Shown piece after piece: positions 61,801 to 64,000 of a stretch of 64,000 nucleotides of DNA. The notes beneath the pieces are model-generated. The model saw only the letters and a list, made by a program, of their open reading frames with translations, made no database searches and was not told the origin of the DNA. Source of the DNA: Squalus acanthias (taxonomy: Eukaryota). The translations under genes were made by a program, and so were the position numbers. The stretch lies in contig CM059431.1 in the NCBI GenBank assembly GCA_030390025.1, forward strand, positions 147,314,001 to 147,378,000, written 5' to 3'. Every line of letters begins with the position of its first letter. Position 1 is the first letter of the stretch.

Positions 61801-62400
61801 GGAGAAAAGAACTGTGCACAGTAACTACAAGTGTGATATGGAGACCAGAACTGTGCACAGTAACTCCAAGTGTGATATGGAGACCAGAACTGTGCACATT
61901 ATTCCAAGAGTCATATGGAGACCAGAACTGTGCACATTACTCCAAGTGTGATATGGAGACCACAACTGTACAAATTAATCCAGGTGTGATATGGAGATCA
62001 GAAATGTGCACAGTACTCCAGGTGTGATATGGAGACCAGAACTGCGCACAGTAACTCCAAGTGTGATATGGAGACCAGAACTGTGCACAGTGCTCCAAGT
62101 GTGATATGGAGACCACAACTGTACAAATTAATCCAGGTGTGATATGGAGATCAGAAATGTGCACAGTACTCCAGGTGTGATATGGAGACCAGAACTGCGC
62201 ACAGTAACTCCAAGTGTGATATGGAGACCAGAACTGTGCACAGTGCTCCAAGTGTGATATGGAGACCAGAACTGTGCACAGTGCTCCAAGTGTGATATGG
62301 AGACCAGAACTGTGCACAATACTCCAAGTGTGATATGGAGACCAGAACTGTGCTCAGTGCTCCAAGTGTGATATGGAGACCAGAACTGTGCACTAGACTT
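61715..62400. repeat. 38-bp CR1-derived minisatellite upstream of ART copy C
   Basis: Unit read directly. Confidence 0.92.
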
Positions 62401-62673
62401 CAAGTACTGTCTAACTAAGGTTCAGTACGTGTGCATGTTGACAGTGAGAAGATGTTTAAAGTGGAGAGGATGATGAGACAGAGCGCATTTATTCATTGCC
62501 CACAGACCATTCAGATGTGTGAGGTGTCTGATTGAGAAATTTAAGAAAGGGGAAGTGTTTTGACTTTGTCACATGAGCTACATTAAACCTGCTGAGCGAC
62601 TAATTTCTTGCAGAGTGTACCTGATTGTGAAGACAAGTTGTTTTATTGCCGGAATCCTTGTGCTGAAGTAAAG

Positions 62674-62710
62674 ATGGAGTGGCTGTTTCACATTCTGTTC
62701 CTGACGTCCT
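62674..62710 (+). CDS. ART copy C signal-peptide exon (MEWLFHILFLTS + T, phase 1)
   Basis: AAGATGG start context, donor GTGAGT at 62711; phase matches acceptor at 63360. Confidence 0.82.
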
Positions 62711-62799
62711 GTGAGTACCACAACGCTGACTTCAATTCCCCAAACCCTTTGTCCTCTCCTGCTGCATATCTTCCTGATCAATGACTTTCTTTCCTACCC

Positions 62800-63345
62800 G
62801 TCAGTCGTGGCTCAGTGGGTCTCAGTCTCTCTCTCTCTCGCCTCTGAGTCAGACGGTCCTGGGTTCCAGATTCTCCACTCCAGAGACTCGAGCCACATAA
62901 TCCCAGGCTGACACTCCCTGGTTGCCCAGTACTGAGGGAGCGCTATACTCTCGGAGGGGCAGTACTGAGGGAGCGCCGCACTGTCGGAGGGGCAGTATTG
63001 AGGGAGCGCTGCACTGTCGGAGGGGCAGTACTGAGGGAGCGCTGCACTGTTGTCTGAGACATTAAACCGAGGCCCCGTCTGCCCTCTCAGGTAGACCTAA
63101 AAGGTCCCACGGCCACTATTGGAAGAATAGTAGAGGGGAGTTCTGCCCGGTGTCCTGTGGCCCAATATTTACCCCTTGTCCAACATCACTTAAAAATAAA
63201 ACAGATTATCTGGTCCTTTATCACATTGCTGATTTTGGGAGCTTGCTGTGCGCAATTGGCCCCCGCGTTTCTTGCATCACAACAGCGACCACACATCAAA
63301 AGCACTTCATTGGTGGTGAAAGGCGCGGTAAAATTGCAGTTCTGT
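62800..63345 (+). mobile_element. Intronic Deu-type SINE with four 33-bp units
   Basis: Head, body and tail colinear with 8660-9125. Confidence 0.85.
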
Positions 63346-63360
63346 CTTTCTGATTGGCAG

Positions 63361-64000
63361 GTCGGAGTCTGGTCAGTTTACCAGTGAATCCGAAGGGTAC
63401 AGATTGTCAGATTCTACCTCCAAGCTCAGTGTTGAACATGGCAGAAAATTCTGCCGCCTATTACTTCTCGCGGAGCGAGGCGTCCGATGAATCGGCGATA
63501 AAATTCCTGCAGGCAGAGCTGGAGAATAACGCGGCATTTGTGAAATACTGGAAAAAAGCCAAGGACAGTTGGGAAGGCAAGACCGTGCCTGGTGGTCTCC
63601 GAAAGGAGCATGTCATCGCTATCACCGCCTACACCATTAATGGAAGTTTGTATGAAACCTTCAACAATGGGGTTCGAAGCTATGGCGGTGACCTCAAGAA
63701 ATACAATGACTGCTTTAAACTGAAGAGCTTTCACTACCTTCTGTCTGTCGCCCTGGATGTGTTGAAAAACAGTTCCATTGGGCCGGTGGTGTATCGGGGA
63801 ATAAAGAGTCAGGTCTCTGGGACACTGGGAACAGAGATGAGGTTTGGAATATTTGCCTCCACTTCCTTCAATGAGGTGGTGGCTAAGGAGTTTGCGAAGT
63901 CTAAATCAGGCACTGTCTTTGAAATAAACACATTGTACGGTGTCGACCTCCGAAAGTTCACGGTGAACGTGACGCAAGAGGAGGTCTTGATCCCGCCTTA
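63361..64000 (+). CDS. Ecto-ADP-ribosyltransferase copy C catalytic exon, open to the window end
   Basis: Manual translation without stops: RSLVSLPVNPKGTDCQ...LNMAENSAAYYF...AITAYTINGSLYETFNNGVRSY...SFHYLL...VYRG...RFGIFASTS...TQEEVLIPP. Confidence 0.93.

Overview
Repeat-dense, intron-containing vertebrate DNA, most likely a cartilaginous fish (inferred from the tRNA/Deu-type SINE, CR1/L2 LINEs and minisatellites). Most ORFs in the track are repeat artefacts. The gene content is a duplicated cluster. (1) Three paralogous two-exon ecto-ADP-ribosyltransferase (ARTC, R-S-E type) genes: copy A (450-1283, minus strand, pseudogene that has lost its leader exon), copy B (34545-36329, frameshifted) and copy C (62674 to window end, open so far and absent from the ORF track), plus an orphan fourth leader exon at 26619. 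All three carry Q-x-E rather than E-x-E at the catalytic loop. (2) Interleaved with them, two copies of an unannotated three-exon gene end (18426-22564 and 41471-49216) that splices in frame into a peptide matching the spacing of the P2X7 C-terminal 'ballast' GDP-binding motif (NxxxRHxAYR...PxxxxxxVRxxFPxxxxxY). Mobile DNA includes a young Gypsy LTR element (28944-33450) with a self-complementary non-tRNA PBS and a YLDN RT motif, a Penelope element with a hammerhead-ribozyme motif, many CR1/L2 fragments, several minisatellites that can be traced to TE sequence, a 2545-bp tandem triplication and a 500-N assembly gap.
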